A stretch of 64,000 nt of DNA from Alphaproteobacteria bacterium (GTDB lineage: Bacteria; Pseudomonadota; Alphaproteobacteria; UBA9219), in NCBI GenBank assembly GCA_026225415.1, contig JAMFSS010000002.1:25915-89914 (forward strand), read 5' to 3'. Shown here one piece after another: positions 10,017-20,199 of this stretch. The position numbers and the translations under genes are program-made. A model generated the notes under the pieces. The model was not told the origin of the DNA. It did no database searches and saw only the letters and a list, made by a program, of their open reading frames with translations. Positions within the stretch are counted from its first letter, which is position 1. Every line of letters begins with the position of its first letter.

Positions 10017-10786
10017 AGCGGCGCACATTTGGTGAAGAGCCTGAAGAAATTTTCGGTCGTGATGCGCGAAATCTCGTCAAAACTCACGCCCTTCACATCG
10101 GCCAACATCTGCGCGGTTTTCACAACATAAGAAGGCTCGCATGGCTTCCCGCGATAAGGTTCCGGCGCCAGATAAGGCGAATCCGTTTCCACCAACAACC
10201 TATCCAACGGCACATCGCGCACGATATCGCGCAGCTCTTGCGATTTTTTAAAGGTGATGATGCCGGAAAGGGAAACATATAAACCGATCTTCACCCCCTC
10301 CTCCGCCAAAACACGCCCCGAACTGAAACAATGCAAAACGCCTGTCACGGCGCCCTCTTCTTTCAACACGCGTATCGTGTCCAACTCCGCATCACGGCTA
10401 TGGATAACCAACGGCAATTTCGTTTTCTGTGCCGCCCGAATATGGCGGCGGAAACTTTCTTCCTGCACTTCGCGAGGCGCATATTTGTAATAAAAATCCA
10501 AACCCGTTTCGCCAATGCCAATGGTCTTTAGCGCCGCCGTTTCCGCGATTATTTCTTCTTCGGTAACAGTCTCGCCTTCTTCATGGGTATGGTTTGGATG
10601 GATACCGAAAGTACAAAACACCTCGGTAATATTTTTCGCCGTGGCGCGAATGGCCGGATAATCGCGTTTGGTCGTGCCAATATTAACCATGCGCTTAATA
10701 CCTGCGGCGCGGGCGCGCGCAATCACCCCTTCGCGGTCTTCGGCGAGGGAGGGAAAATCGAGATGGCAGTGCGAGTCAATAAGCAT
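10013..10786 (-). CDS. tatD: TatD-family metal-dependent DNase/hydrolase
   Basis: MLIDSHCHLDF… N-terminus and overall TatD fold. The start is taken at the internal Met, since the long N-terminal extension in the ORF track is implausible. Confidence 0.75.
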   Translation of the reverse strand: MLIDSHCHLDFPSLAEDREGVIARARAAGIKRMVNIGTTKRDYPAIRATAKNITEVFCTFGIHPNHTHEEGETVTEEEIIAETAALKTIGIGETGLDFYYKYAPREVQEESFRRHIRAAQKTKLPLVIHSRDAELDTIRVLKEEGAVTGVLHCFSSGRVLAEEGVKIGLYVSLSGIITFKKSQELRDIVRDVPLDRLLVETDSPYLAPEPYRGKPCEPSYVVKTAQMLADVKGVSFDEISRITTENFFRLFTKCAPL

Positions 10787-10849
10787 AGGCCTTTTATAGC
10801 CCCATATTTGGGCTTTCTCTAGGAGAATAAGAATGTTAAATCCACGCCT

Positions 10850-12208
10850 ATGAAACCCATCCATATCATAGGCGGCGGCCTGGCAGGCAGCGAAGCCGCA
10901 TGGCAGATCGCGCAAGCGGGCATTCCCGTTATCTTGCACGAAATGCGCCCCATCCGCGGCACAGAGGCGCACCAAACAGATTCGCTGGCCGAACTGGTCT
11001 GCTCCAACTCCTTCCGCTCGGATGACAGCGACTATAACGCCGTCGGCCTGCTACATGATGAAATGCGGCGTTGTGGGTCGATCATCATGGCAGCGGCAGA
11101 TAAAAATCAGGTTCCGGCGGGTGGCGCCTTGGCTGTCGACCGCCACGGATTCTCTGCCGCCGTTACGGCGCAACTGGAATCTCATCCGCTTGTAACCCTC
11201 GCGCGGGAAGAAATCACCGCCCTGCCCGACGCTTCTGACGATATGGATAATGTCATTATCGCCACAGGGCCTTTGACATCCGGCGCGCTGGCGGAATCGA
11301 TCCGCGCCGCAACGGGCATAGAATCTTTGGCGTTCTTCGATGCCATCGCGCCCATCGTCTATCGCGAAAGCATCGATATGTCGAAAGCATGGATGCAATC
11401 GCGTTACGATAAAACCGGCCCCGGCGGCACAGGGTCGGATTATATCAATTGCGCGATGGATAAAGACCAGTATGAAAATTTTGTGCGTGAACTGATCGCG
11501 GCACCAAAAACCGATTTCAAAGAGTGGGAAAAGAACACGCCCTATTTTGATGGCTGCTTGCCAATTGAAATCATGGCCGAACGCGGCATCGATACCTTGC
11601 GCCACGGGCCTATGAAGCCGGTCGGTCTTACCAACCCGCATACCGCGCCGGTTGACGAGAACGGCAATAAAAAATTTCAACGCTCCCACGCTGTTGTTCA
11701 ATTGCGGCAGGATAACGCGCTTGGCACGCTCTATAATCTGGTCGGTTTTCAAACTAAGATGAAATATGCCGACCAAACCCGCGTCTTGCGCATGATCCCC
11801 GGGCTGGAAAACGCCGAATTTGCGCGTCTTGGCGGGCTGCACCGCAACACATTCCTCAACAGCCCGAAATTGCTGGACTCAGAATTGCGCCTGAAATCAC
11901 AGCCCCATTTACGCTTTGCTGGCCAAGTCACCGGCGTCGAAGGCTATGTGGAATCCACAGCTATGGGTTTGCTGGCGGGGCAATTCGCCGCTGCAGAGCG
12001 TAAAGGCACACTGCGAGGTCATCCAGCCCGTACCACGGCGATGGGTGCGTTGCTGGCGCATGTCACGGGCGAGGCCAATGCCGAAACCTTTCAACCAATG
12101 AATGTGAATTTCGGTTTGTTTCCGCTGGTCGATAGCGGCAAAGGCCGTGACCGCAAATTGCTTTATACCGAACGCGCGAAAAAAGATTTCAACGCTTGGC
12201 TTTCGTAA
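10850..12208 (+). CDS. trmFO: methylenetetrahydrofolate--tRNA-(uracil54-C5)-methyltransferase
   Basis: [24 protein letters not shown]-binding N-terminus and a …CSNSFRSDD motif, about 450 aa. Divergent from tatD across a 63-bp spacer. Confidence 0.8.
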   Translation: MKPIHIIGGGLAGSEAAWQIAQAGIPVILHEMRPIRGTEAHQTDSLAELVCSNSFRSDDSDYNAVGLLHDEMRRCGSIIMAAADKNQVPAGGALAVDRHGFSAAVTAQLESHPLVTLAREEITALPDASDDMDNVIIATGPLTSGALAESIRAATGIESLAFFDAIAPIVYRESIDMSKAWMQSRYDKTGPGGTGSDYINCAMDKDQYENFVRELIAAPKTDFKEWEKNTPYFDGCLPIEIMAERGIDTLRHGPMKPVGLTNPHTAPVDENGNKKFQRSHAVVQLRQDNALGTLYNLVGFQTKMKYADQTRVLRMIPGLENAEFARLGGLHRNTFLNSPKLLDSELRLKSQPHLRFAGQVTGVEGYVESTAMGLLAGQFAAAERKGTLRGHPARTTAMGALLAHVTGEANAETFQPMNVNFGLFPLVDSGKGRDRKLLYTERAKKDFNAWLS

Positions 12209-13517
12209 AACGCAAAGCGGCATAATAAACCAACCCCGCCACGATAAACCCGATATAAGGGCCAATATCTACCCCGCCCACGGCATCGGACAACAGACCT
12301 GTATATAAAGTATTGGCCGAAAACAACCAAACCGACAAAACCGTAACCACCACAAAAATAATGCCGCCCATCGTAATGTTGGAAGGCACAACACGCCCTG
12401 CCCTACCCAACACAAACCAATGCACCAAAATAATTGCCGCCCAAGGCGCTATCCAATGCGCGAACAGGAACAGAAAATTTTCAAAAAATTCGATAAAGGA
12501 AGCGGATGCAAATAGACAAAGCCCATATCCCAAAACCGCGCCCACAATCGCCGATACGGGCCGCGATAATTTAAACCCCGCCGACATAAGGCTATATGCC
12601 GCCGAATTATCATTAACCGCATTAACGGGTATCGAATTAAACGCGACCAAAAACAAAACCACCGGCGCGAAAATGCCCGTCAAACCCTGCAACCCTTTCA
12701 TCACGCCTTCCGGTGTTTGTTCGGAGATGGCGGCCGCCGTCAAATACCCAAAGAACGACAAGACAAACAACGAAAGAAACAACGCACCGAACACGGCTAT
12801 AAACACTTTTTTGTGTGGCGTTTTTTGCGGCAAATAACGCGTGTAATCGCACGCATAAGGCGTAGATCCGACGTTAACGACGACAATCAAAAGAAAAGCC
12901 GATAAAATATCTTTGGCATTCGCACTTTTGTTGTCATTCAAAACAACACCTGTTTTGTGAATCGCAGTCAAACCGATCAACAGAAAAAATACACCAAGCA
13001 ATGCGCCAGTATATTTCGATGTGTCCTGTATCAAATGATGTCCGTAAATGCCGATAACCAACTGAATGCCTACCAATACGGCCAAAGAAACCCAGAACGG
13101 CGAAGAAACACCAAAGACGGCCAATAAAGAAACCAAAGCGGCGGCAGACAAAACATTATTGCTGACATCATACCCAACCGCGCCCATCCAGTTAAGAAAA
13201 GCGGAAAGTTTTTTCCCCACAAGACCCAGTGAAAGACGCCCGACCTCCATCTGCGAAAGCCGCATCATAGGGCCAATCATCGCCATGCTCGCAGGCAATA
13301 ACGACCCAACAATACTGCCCAGCAAAAGCACACACAAAGCAGGGTAAAACCCAATCCCCATCCCTGCAACCACAACGCCCATCAACCAGGTGGCAACGCC
13401 GATATTGCCGACAAAAAATACCCAAAAAGGTTTATCGGCGGCCAATGTTTGATCATGCGGGTCCACGCCATCCGTAATCAAGGAATGTTGCGTGTTTTCC
13501 ATGTGAAGCTTCGCCAT
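12189..13517 (-). CDS. 12-TM permease, NCS1-like (cytosine/purine/allantoin family) transporter
   Basis: 442 aa, highly hydrophobic with about 12 predicted helices. Family assignment is tentative. Its stop overlaps the trmFO 3' end convergently by 20 nt. Confidence 0.4.
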   Translation of the reverse strand: MAKLHMENTQHSLITDGVDPHDQTLAADKPFWVFFVGNIGVATWLMGVVVAGMGIGFYPALCVLLLGSIVGSLLPASMAMIGPMMRLSQMEVGRLSLGLVGKKLSAFLNWMGAVGYDVSNNVLSAAALVSLLAVFGVSSPFWVSLAVLVGIQLVIGIYGHHLIQDTSKYTGALLGVFFLLIGLTAIHKTGVVLNDNKSANAKDILSAFLLIVVVNVGSTPYACDYTRYLPQKTPHKKVFIAVFGALFLSLFVLSFFGYLTAAAISEQTPEGVMKGLQGLTGIFAPVVLFLVAFNSIPVNAVNDNSAAYSLMSAGFKLSRPVSAIVGAVLGYGLCLFASASFIEFFENFLFLFAHWIAPWAAIILVHWFVLGRAGRVVPSNITMGGIIFVVVTVLSVWLFSANTLYTGLLSDAVGGVDIGPYIGFIVAGLVYYAALRFTKAKR

Positions 13518-13522
13518 TCATC

Positions 13523-14377
13523 CTACTCCGCCGCCAAAGGCTCGGCCACATCGGCCTGCAAACCTGATGCAAATATCTGAAAAAACGCGGTCAAATCTTT
13601 TTGCAATCCGGCAAACCCGCTGTTTTTCTCTAAATTCGTTTCATCCATATACAATTTGCGGTTCATCTCCATCTGCAAAGCCTGCGCCCCACCACCCATG
13701 CCGCACATGCCATAGCGTTCGACAATTTCGCGGCCTTTGTACGGATTGTTCAACACAACGCGATACCCCATCGATTGCAAAATCTTCTTGGCGCGGTCGG
13801 TAATCTCGGGGGCGCAACTGGTGCCGTCACGGTCGCCCAGAATAAAATCGGGACGCGCCACGCCATTCACACCACGGTCGGGCATCGAATGGGCATTAAT
13901 CAAAAGACAGGAACCGAACTGCGCCAACCGCGCCATCACATGACTGCGCACACACGCATGATAAGGCCGATAATAAATATCCAGCCGCCGTTGAATTTCC
14001 GCCACCGTCAAAGGCGCGCGATACAAATCCAGCCCATTGCGGCACAACCGCCGTACCAAACCAAATCCCGCAATGGTTGCCGCATCGGGCGATAAAGGCA
14101 CAGGCCACACCCCGTCAATCGCACCCGCATCAATATCATTTTCCGCGCGGTTAACATCAATCATGCTGCGCGGAAATTCGGCACAGATAACTGTGGCGCC
14201 TGCCTCACACGCGCCCGAAACCAACTCATCCACATAACAATCCTCCGCCTGCCGCAACAAAGGCAATGGACAGGCATAGGCAAAATCAACCGGGTATATC
14301 CGCCCGCTATGCGGCGAATCCACCAACAAAGGCGAAAGTGTTTTCGGTTCAAGCAAAGTATAAGGAAGGAGAGCCAT
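13523..14377 (-). CDS. N-formylglutamate amidohydrolase family protein
   Basis: VDSPHSG and INAHSMP motifs are characteristic of the FGase family. Confidence 0.65.
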   Translation of the reverse strand: MALLPYTLLEPKTLSPLLVDSPHSGRIYPVDFAYACPLPLLRQAEDCYVDELVSGACEAGATVICAEFPRSMIDVNRAENDIDAGAIDGVWPVPLSPDAATIAGFGLVRRLCRNGLDLYRAPLTVAEIQRRLDIYYRPYHACVRSHVMARLAQFGSCLLINAHSMPDRGVNGVARPDFILGDRDGTSCAPEITDRAKKILQSMGYRVVLNNPYKGREIVERYGMCGMGGGAQALQMEMNRKLYMDETNLEKNSGFAGLQKDLTAFFQIFASGLQADVAEPLAAE

Positions 14378-14402
14378 GCCCCCACGATAACAGAGTTATC
14401 GC

Positions 14403-15734
14403 TTATGACAATGGGATGGCGGGCGGCCCGTGTTCATCGCGCTGGGTATAAATCGAATGGGGGCGTATGCGATGGGCAATATGGTGCCCAATCACACAGG
14501 CCAACATCAATGGCAACACAACCTGATAACTCAAGGTCATTTCAAAAATCATCAAAATGCACATCAATGGCGCATAAGTAACGGATGCCAAAAACGCCCC
14601 CATCCCCACCATCACATAGCCCGAAACAACCGTGTCGGAAAGTTCGGACATGCCCACCAACGCATGCCCATACAATGCGCCCAAGGCCGCACCCACAAAC
14701 AAAGTCGGCGTAAATACGCCGCCAACCGTGCCGGAACCGGATGATAATGACGTCGCCAAAACCTTAAACACCAAAAGAATAAGCAAAGCCTGCCATGTCC
14801 AATTCGTGTGCAAAATCGAATTCACAACGCTATACCCGTTGCCCCACACTTCGGGGATCCATACCGAAATCAACCCGACACCCAATCCACCCATCGCCAT
14901 ATTCAAAATCAAACTTTTTGACAGCGATAAAAAACTCTTGCGCGCCAGATCCAGAAACCACCGGAAGGCGGGTCCGGCAAAACCGCACACTACGCCAAGC
15001 GCCGCATAGGTAAAAACTTCCCAATTTTTATGAATGGAGAATGTGGGCATTTGATAGGCGGGCGCAAGGCCAAACAGCCAATGCGTCATCATGTTGGAAA
15101 TTACCGAAGACACAATCAACGGTCCCAAAATATCCTTGTCCAGCGAGCCAATCGCCAACTCGATAACAAAAATGGTTCCGGCAATGGGGGCGTTATAGGC
15201 GGCGGTAATCCCCGCCGTCGCGCCGCATGCCACCAGCAATTGAATCTGCTTTGGCGGCAATTTAAAATATTTGCCCAACAACGATCCGACCATTGCGGCC
15301 AATTGCACCATCGGCCCTTCGCGGCCAATCGATGCGCCGGTGCCAATCGAACAAAGCGACGAAAAAGATTTAATAACCGTTTGGCGAAACGGAATATCAC
15401 CGTCGCCAATCGTAATCGCTTCCAGATAATCATCCGACCCGCGCCGCGGCACCCATTTCAACCCAAACGTCAACAACGCCCCCGCCAAAGCCCCGCCCAG
15501 CATCGGCAAAACCAAGCGCACCCACCAGGGCATATCTTTGGCCAACGCGACCATGCCGACGGCCTCCGCATCAAGGCTGTGCCGCATAAAGGTAAAGGCC
15601 GATCGAAACAGCAAAGCGGAAAAAGACCCGCCCAACCCCACCAAAACGGCGAGGGCAAGCGAAGATATATTCTTGCCATTACGAAGGTCGGAGAAAGTCA
15701 TAACAATGCGGCTTTGAAAAAAGGTCGGGCGCAA
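14403..15734 (-). CDS. ClC-type chloride channel / H+-Cl- antiporter
   Basis: GREGP and GSGIPE-like selectivity motifs (…IGREGPMVQLAAM…) and a polytopic membrane protein. The start may be an internal Met. Confidence 0.75.
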   Translation of the reverse strand: MRPTFFQSRIVMTFSDLRNGKNISSLALAVLVGLGGSFSALLFRSAFTFMRHSLDAEAVGMVALAKDMPWWVRLVLPMLGGALAGALLTFGLKWVPRRGSDDYLEAITIGDGDIPFRQTVIKSFSSLCSIGTGASIGREGPMVQLAAMVGSLLGKYFKLPPKQIQLLVACGATAGITAAYNAPIAGTIFVIELAIGSLDKDILGPLIVSSVISNMMTHWLFGLAPAYQMPTFSIHKNWEVFTYAALGVVCGFAGPAFRWFLDLARKSFLSLSKSLILNMAMGGLGVGLISVWIPEVWGNGYSVVNSILHTNWTWQALLILLVFKVLATSLSSGSGTVGGVFTPTLFVGAALGALYGHALVGMSELSDTVVSGYVMVGMGAFLASVTYAPLMCILMIFEMTLSYQVVLPLMLACVIGHHIAHRIRPHSIYTQRDEHGPPAIPLS

Positions 15735-15784
15735 AGCATAACACCGCCAATGCCAAAATCACGCGCCCATAACCGACATAATCG

Positions 15785-16267
15785 TTATTCCGCATGGCAG
15801 TGTTGCATTTCCGCCAGCGCATCATCATCCATCGCAGGCGGCAAGCCATTTTGCGCCAGAAACACGTTTTGAATCTCATAGGCCTGCGCCTCGCGCTGGC
15901 TGGTACACGCAAAATGCCGGTGTCCGCGATCCTGCGCGATATGTGTTAATTCATGCACAACAATCGCGCGGTATTTATCTTCCTGCAAATGCACAACGCT
16001 GCGCACCGGCAAATAAATTTTGCCCGCCACTTCAACACCGGCGGCGGCCAACACAATACCTTGCGTCCATACCGGTTTGTAATCCAGAATCTGCGACGAA
16101 TTATCGATAACGCCAATTTGTATGTCATTTGGTAAATTTACGCCCGTATGCGTCGAAACAAACGCGATCAATTCAGGCGACACGGGAAGGTTGAACATCG
16201 CCTGCTGCGCATAGGCAGAGCTACTGACCACAAGAAAAATGCCAAAAAGGATATAGCGATTAAACAT
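15785..16267 (-). CDS. secreted HExxH zinc-metallopeptidase-like protein
   Basis: N-terminal signal peptide (…VVSSSAYAQQ), a HELTH zinc-binding motif, and a C-terminal Cys/His cluster. Confidence 0.45.
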   Translation of the reverse strand: MFNRYILFGIFLVVSSSAYAQQAMFNLPVSPELIAFVSTHTGVNLPNDIQIGVIDNSSQILDYKPVWTQGIVLAAAGVEVAGKIYLPVRSVVHLQEDKYRAIVVHELTHIAQDRGHRHFACTSQREAQAYEIQNVFLAQNGLPPAMDDDALAEMQHCHAE

Positions 16268-16435
16268 TTTAAATATTCAAAGTTATTTTAAAAAAAAGAT
16301 GCTGCGAGCCATGTTATAGAGCCTTTAGGCCGATCATTCAAACATTCGATAGTCTCAAAATTAACCTTTGCGCGGCTTTTAAACTGCCATAGACTGTCTC
16401 GAACAAAAAACAAAAAACAAAAAACAGAGGAATAA

Positions 16436-16954
16436 ATGACAGAAACAAGAAACGCAACCGCAAGCGATATCGACCCTATGATTGAGTTCATTTTTGCTCA
16501 CGGCAAAGTTTTCGACCTTAATGTCCTGCCCGAACCCGACACGCAAAATCATATCAAAGACATTGCAACCGGCAAAACCAAAGCCGTCATCGCCTATGAT
16601 GATACGCAAATGCTCGGTTTTGCGACCTATCATGAAACACGGGATTTTGCCCGCTATCAACTGACAGGCCGAGAGGATGAGCCTCAAGGCTATATTAATG
16701 AAGTCGTCGTCCACCAAAATCATTCTGGTAGAGGTATTGCCACATCACTTATGAAAGAGGCCACGAACAGATTATTCACAGAAGGCTATCGCGAAATCTA
16801 TGTATGGCGCCATGCCGATAACCAAGCTTCGGCCGGAATGATGCTTAAATCAGGATTTGAAATTATCGATACTTTCGACGACCCCAAAAATCGCTTGGTC
16901 GGATCTAGAAAAACAACCGTTTCAAGAAAAATGATGCATCCAACCTTGGGTTAG
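16436..16954 (+). CDS. GNAT family N-acetyltransferase
   Basis: …VVHQNHSGRGIATSLMKEA… acetyl-CoA binding motif. The 5' UTR contains (CAAAAAA)x3. Confidence 0.7.
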   Translation: MTETRNATASDIDPMIEFIFAHGKVFDLNVLPEPDTQNHIKDIATGKTKAVIAYDDTQMLGFATYHETRDFARYQLTGREDEPQGYINEVVVHQNHSGRGIATSLMKEATNRLFTEGYREIYVWRHADNQASAGMMLKSGFEIIDTFDDPKNRLVGSRKTTVSRKMMHPTLG

Positions 16955-16976
16955 ATGCAAACTCCATTGTAAAAAT

Positions 16977-17061
16977 GGTGGAAGGGACAGGATTTGAACC
17001 TGTGTACTCTCTCGAGGGCAGATTTACAGTCTGCTGCCATTAACCACTCGGCCACCCTTCC
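16977..17061 (-). tRNA. tRNA-Tyr (GUA), type II with long variable arm
   Basis: The reverse complement folds as GGAAGGG…CUGUAAAUC (anticodon GUA)…GGUUCAAAUCC…CCCUUCC-A-CCA. It closely resembles E. coli tRNA-Tyr, and CCA is encoded. Confidence 0.85.
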
Positions 17062-17127
17062 ACAAAAACAGATGCGCAACTAACGGAATTTGCTTGTTTT
17101 TGTCAATGCTTTCCTTACTGTGCCTTC

Positions 17128-18156
17128 ATGAAAAACACAAAATCCTTTAGAACCGACCGTTCCCGCAACGCCCAAGGGGGAGATCGCCGCCCCGCAGCCA
17201 AGCCTGCCAGAGGCAAAGCCCCCTTGCGTGACGAAGAAAAACCACGTTTTGGCGATAAACCAAAATTCGGTGACAAGCCAAGATTCGGCGAGAAGCCGAA
17301 ATTCGGAGCCAAACCAAAATTTGGCGATAAATCAAAACCCGCTTTCCGCAAGCCTGATTTCAAAAAACCGTCCGGCAAGCCCGCGCCCGAACAACGCGAA
17401 GCATTTGTCGCTGCGCCTAACTCGGTTCTCATCTGGGGGCTGCACGCTGCCCGCGCGGCATGGCTCAACCCCAAACGCCGCATCACCCGCGCCTGGCTAA
17501 CCGAAGCCGGCAAAAAATCATTCGAAGCAACGCAAAACGAAGCGCATGAAGAATTGCTGAAACGCCCCGATGCGAAAATCACCGACCGCGACGCGTTGGA
17601 CAAAATGACGCCAAGCAATAGCGTGCATCAAGGCATCATCATCGAAACAACCGCCCTGCCCGAACCAACCTTGCATGACATCATCGGCAAAGACACGCCG
17701 CCCGATTTGATTTTAATGCTTGATCAGGTGACAGACCCGCATAATGTTGGCGCCATTTTGCGCTCCGCCGCCGCTTTTGGCGCGGGTGCCATTGTTATGA
17801 CCGAACGCAACGCGCCCACAACAACCGGCGTTTTGGCAAAATCGGCTTCGGGCGCACTCGAAGTCACCCCGATGATTCATGTCGTCAATCTGGCGCGCGC
17901 CATCGATGATCTGCGCGAGGCAGGTTACTGGTGCGTAGGCTTGGCCGAAGAAGGCGAGAAAAATCTGGCACAACTGGATATGTCAGGCCGCACCGTCATC
18001 ATCCTTGGCGCGGAAGGCGACGGTCTACGTCACCTCACCCGCCAGAAATGCGATGAACTCGCCCGCCTGCCAACCGGCGGAGCGATTGGCAGCCTGAATG
18101 TATCAAACGCCGCAGCGGTCGCGCTTTACGAAGTTCGCCGCCAAAGCAAGGTTTAA
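17128..18156 (+). CDS. rlmB: 23S rRNA (guanosine-2'-O)-methyltransferase RlmB (SpoU/TrmH family) with an N-terminal basic repeat extension
   Basis: C-terminal SPOUT domain (…LDQVTDPHNVGAILRSAAAFGAGAIVM…). The N-terminus carries five tandem 6-aa repeats, KP(R/K)FG(D/E/A). Confidence 0.75.
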   Translation: MKNTKSFRTDRSRNAQGGDRRPAAKPARGKAPLRDEEKPRFGDKPKFGDKPRFGEKPKFGAKPKFGDKSKPAFRKPDFKKPSGKPAPEQREAFVAAPNSVLIWGLHAARAAWLNPKRRITRAWLTEAGKKSFEATQNEAHEELLKRPDAKITDRDALDKMTPSNSVHQGIIIETTALPEPTLHDIIGKDTPPDLILMLDQVTDPHNVGAILRSAAAFGAGAIVMTERNAPTTTGVLAKSASGALEVTPMIHVVNLARAIDDLREAGYWCVGLAEEGEKNLAQLDMSGRTVIILGAEGDGLRHLTRQKCDELARLPTGGAIGSLNVSNAAAVALYEVRRQSKV

Positions 18157-18437
18157 CGCATGCCCAAATCGCTCAATTTCAACTCGCCGCTAACCACGGC
18201 TGTCAGGCGATTATAAACAGGTTCTTCCATGCCGCCTTTTGCCATGACAATAATGTCATCGCCAATTTGCGGGCGTCTGGCGGATTGAATTACGGATGTC
18301 AAATGCGCCACATCCATTTCCGAAGCCGTTGCCCAGATGAATAAAAGTTTTTCTTTGATGACCGCAGATTCCAAATCATTTGCCGCAGTCACTCGGTAGG
18401 TTATCGGCAAAATATCTTCCAAACTTGGCTCGCGCAT
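18153..18437 (-). CDS. hypothetical protein (94 aa)
   Basis: ORF only. Convergent with rlmB. Confidence 0.35.
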   Translation of the reverse strand: MREPSLEDILPITYRVTAANDLESAVIKEKLLFIWATASEMDVAHLTSVIQSARRPQIGDDIIVMAKGGMEEPVYNRLTAVVSGELKLSDLGMR

Positions 18438-18470
18438 AATGATGCTCTTCCTCTGTTAAAATATTTTTTA

Positions 18471-18638
18471 TTATTTCGGTGCCGGTGCTTTAGCGCGCGC
18501 TGGATAAAAAACGGTGCCTTTATTAAAAAAAACCGTATCTTTTTGTACTTCAATCCCTTCGCCAATCCCGTCGCGAACCTGCTTGCCGTCGGGATGAATG
18601 GATTGAAAACCGCGTGGTCTGCTGGGTGTATCGCTCAT
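18471..18638 (-). CDS. possible small protein (56 aa, MSDTPSRPRGFQSIHPDGKQ…), absent from the ORF track
   Basis: ATG is preceded by AGGAA at -9. Found by manual translation of the minus strand; it falls below the 60-aa cutoff of the track. Confidence 0.2.
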   Translation of the reverse strand: MSDTPSRPRGFQSIHPDGKQVRDGIGEGIEVQKDTVFFNKGTVFYPARAKAPAPK

Positions 18639-18863
18639 AAAATATTCCTGTCGCTTTTAAATTTTGTGTTTTTGCTTTTTTGGGGTCTGGGGCGGAACGT
18701 AATCGTCGGGAACCAGACAAAAATATGTAAGGCCTAAGCCTTAATAATGGACTTAATGCTGATGCGTTTTTCGCTACGCGCTATGAAAGACCAATCGTTC
18801 ATAAAACCCATGTTATAAAAAATACCGGCTAAAGCAAGCGATAAATGCTAAAAGATTCCAGCG

Positions 18864-19163
18864 TTAGCTAACCAGCCGAAGCTTGGCTTGCTCAATATGC
18901 GATTTTAAAGGACGTTCAAGATTGCCCATCTTTTTGGCCGCCGCATCATTGGCGGCTAAATTTACAACGACATTGCTACCTTCCAGATCACCTGCGAAAC
19001 CACGGGAAGCGATCTCATCGGCCACGCGACGAATAAGCTTGGGATCATAATTCGGATTAGAGTCCGTCTTAATTTGCTGCGCAATCTCTGGCGCTTCAGG
19101 AACACCTCCCGCAGGCACTAAATAATGATACGGAAACATATCCGTAAATTTTAAATGGCTCAT
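18864..19163 (-). CDS. hypothetical protein (100 aa)
   Basis: Start taken at MSHLKFTDMF…, with GGAG 7 nt upstream. The longer ORF-track version overlaps the recombinase gene. Confidence 0.4.
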   Translation of the reverse strand: MSHLKFTDMFPYHYLVPAGGVPEAPEIAQQIKTDSNPNYDPKLIRRVADEIASRGFAGDLEGSNVVVNLAANDAAAKKMGNLERPLKSHIEQAKLRLVS

Positions 19164-19263
19164 CGCTAATTCTCCAAACGCATAAAATCTCTTGTTCTGG
19201 CGAACTATAACGACACAACTGCCAAAAAACAATACTTTATTACAATTATTTGGTTTTAAAGCC

Positions 19264-20196
19264 TTATTTCGCCCGTGGATGCGCCGCGCGATAGGTATTG
19301 GCCAGCTGTTGCGCATCAACTTGGGTATAAAGCTGTGTGGTCGACAAAGAGCTATGCCCCAATAATTCCTGCAAACTGCGCAAATCGGCACCCGATGCCA
19401 GCAAATGCGTCGCAAAGCTGTGCCGCAAGGCATGGGGTGTCACGCTGTCGGGCAACCCCAATTGCCGCCGCAACCCACGCAAATTGCGTTGCGCCACGGC
19501 AGGGTTCAACGGCTCGCCCCTCACGCCGACAAAAATCCGCGACTCCGGTTTCAACGCATAAGGACACACGGCCAAATATTTTTCGACCACAGATTTTACG
19601 ATGGGTAATAACGGCACATTACGTTGCTTGTTACCTTTGCCCGTTACCGTAATACGCTCCTGTGCCACATCACCGCGCGTTATGCCCAAGGCCTCGCCGA
19701 TACGCAAACCGGCACCGTATAATAAGGTGAACAATGCCTCGTCGCGTAAAGCAGCCCATCCCTCTTCCTCGCCCGCCAGGGTCACAAGATTTTGTGCCTG
19801 TGCTTCGGTGACAGGGCGTGGCAAGCGGCGCGGATTTTTGGGAATTTTCAACAACTCAATCGCGGCATTATGCAATTCGCCGCTGCGGTCGCACCACCGA
19901 TAAAAATTACGCACACCGGCAACGGCACGCGCGCGTGAAGCCGCGCTTATATCACCCGCCGCATTATGCGCCAGCCACGCGCGAAAATCGGTCAGTGTCA
20001 ACGCAGCAAGCGTTTTCAGATTAACCTGAACGCCGCGATACTGCGTGATAAACCGGAACAGATTTTGAATGTCAAAGCTGTAAGACTCAACCGTCTTCGC
20101 TGCGACCCGTTTTTCATCACGCAACCACCCACGCCATTTCTCGAGGGCGTTTATAACGTCATCGGCAAGGGGAAGCTGGCTGTGGTCGCCGCCCAC
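19264..20196 (-). CDS. site-specific tyrosine recombinase, XerC/XerD family
   Basis: C-terminal HALRHSFATHLLASGADLRSLQELLGHSSLSTTQLYTQV catalytic motif (R..HxxR..Y). 310 aa, 3 nt downstream of the transaldolase gene. Confidence 0.8.
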   Translation of the reverse strand: MGGDHSQLPLADDVINALEKWRGWLRDEKRVAAKTVESYSFDIQNLFRFITQYRGVQVNLKTLAALTLTDFRAWLAHNAAGDISAASRARAVAGVRNFYRWCDRSGELHNAAIELLKIPKNPRRLPRPVTEAQAQNLVTLAGEEEGWAALRDEALFTLLYGAGLRIGEALGITRGDVAQERITVTGKGNKQRNVPLLPIVKSVVEKYLAVCPYALKPESRIFVGVRGEPLNPAVAQRNLRGLRRQLGLPDSVTPHALRHSFATHLLASGADLRSLQELLGHSSLSTTQLYTQVDAQQLANTYRAAHPRAK

Positions 20197-20199
20197 AGA

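Noticed and set aside
15030-15872. 280-aa plus-strand ORF rich in Arg/Gln
   Set aside because: It is antisense to the ClC channel gene. Its composition is that of a shadow ORF.
16404-16427. (CAAAAAA)x3 heptamer repeat in the GNAT 5' UTR as a phase-variation tract
   Set aside because: Three units is too short for efficient slipped-strand mispairing, and it lies outside the coding sequence. Noted only as a minor feature.
17115-17618. 167-aa minus-strand ORF with SPNFGLSPN repeats
   Set aside because: It is a mirror image of the KPxFGD tandem repeat in rlmB. rlmB has a complete conserved SpoU domain.
19264-20196. Tyrosine recombinase as a possible phage/ICE integrase marking a mobile island
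   Set aside because: Its length (310 aa) and its C-terminal motifs match chromosomal XerC/XerD. It is coupled to a transaldolase gene, and no phage, conjugation or att-like repeats are nearby.
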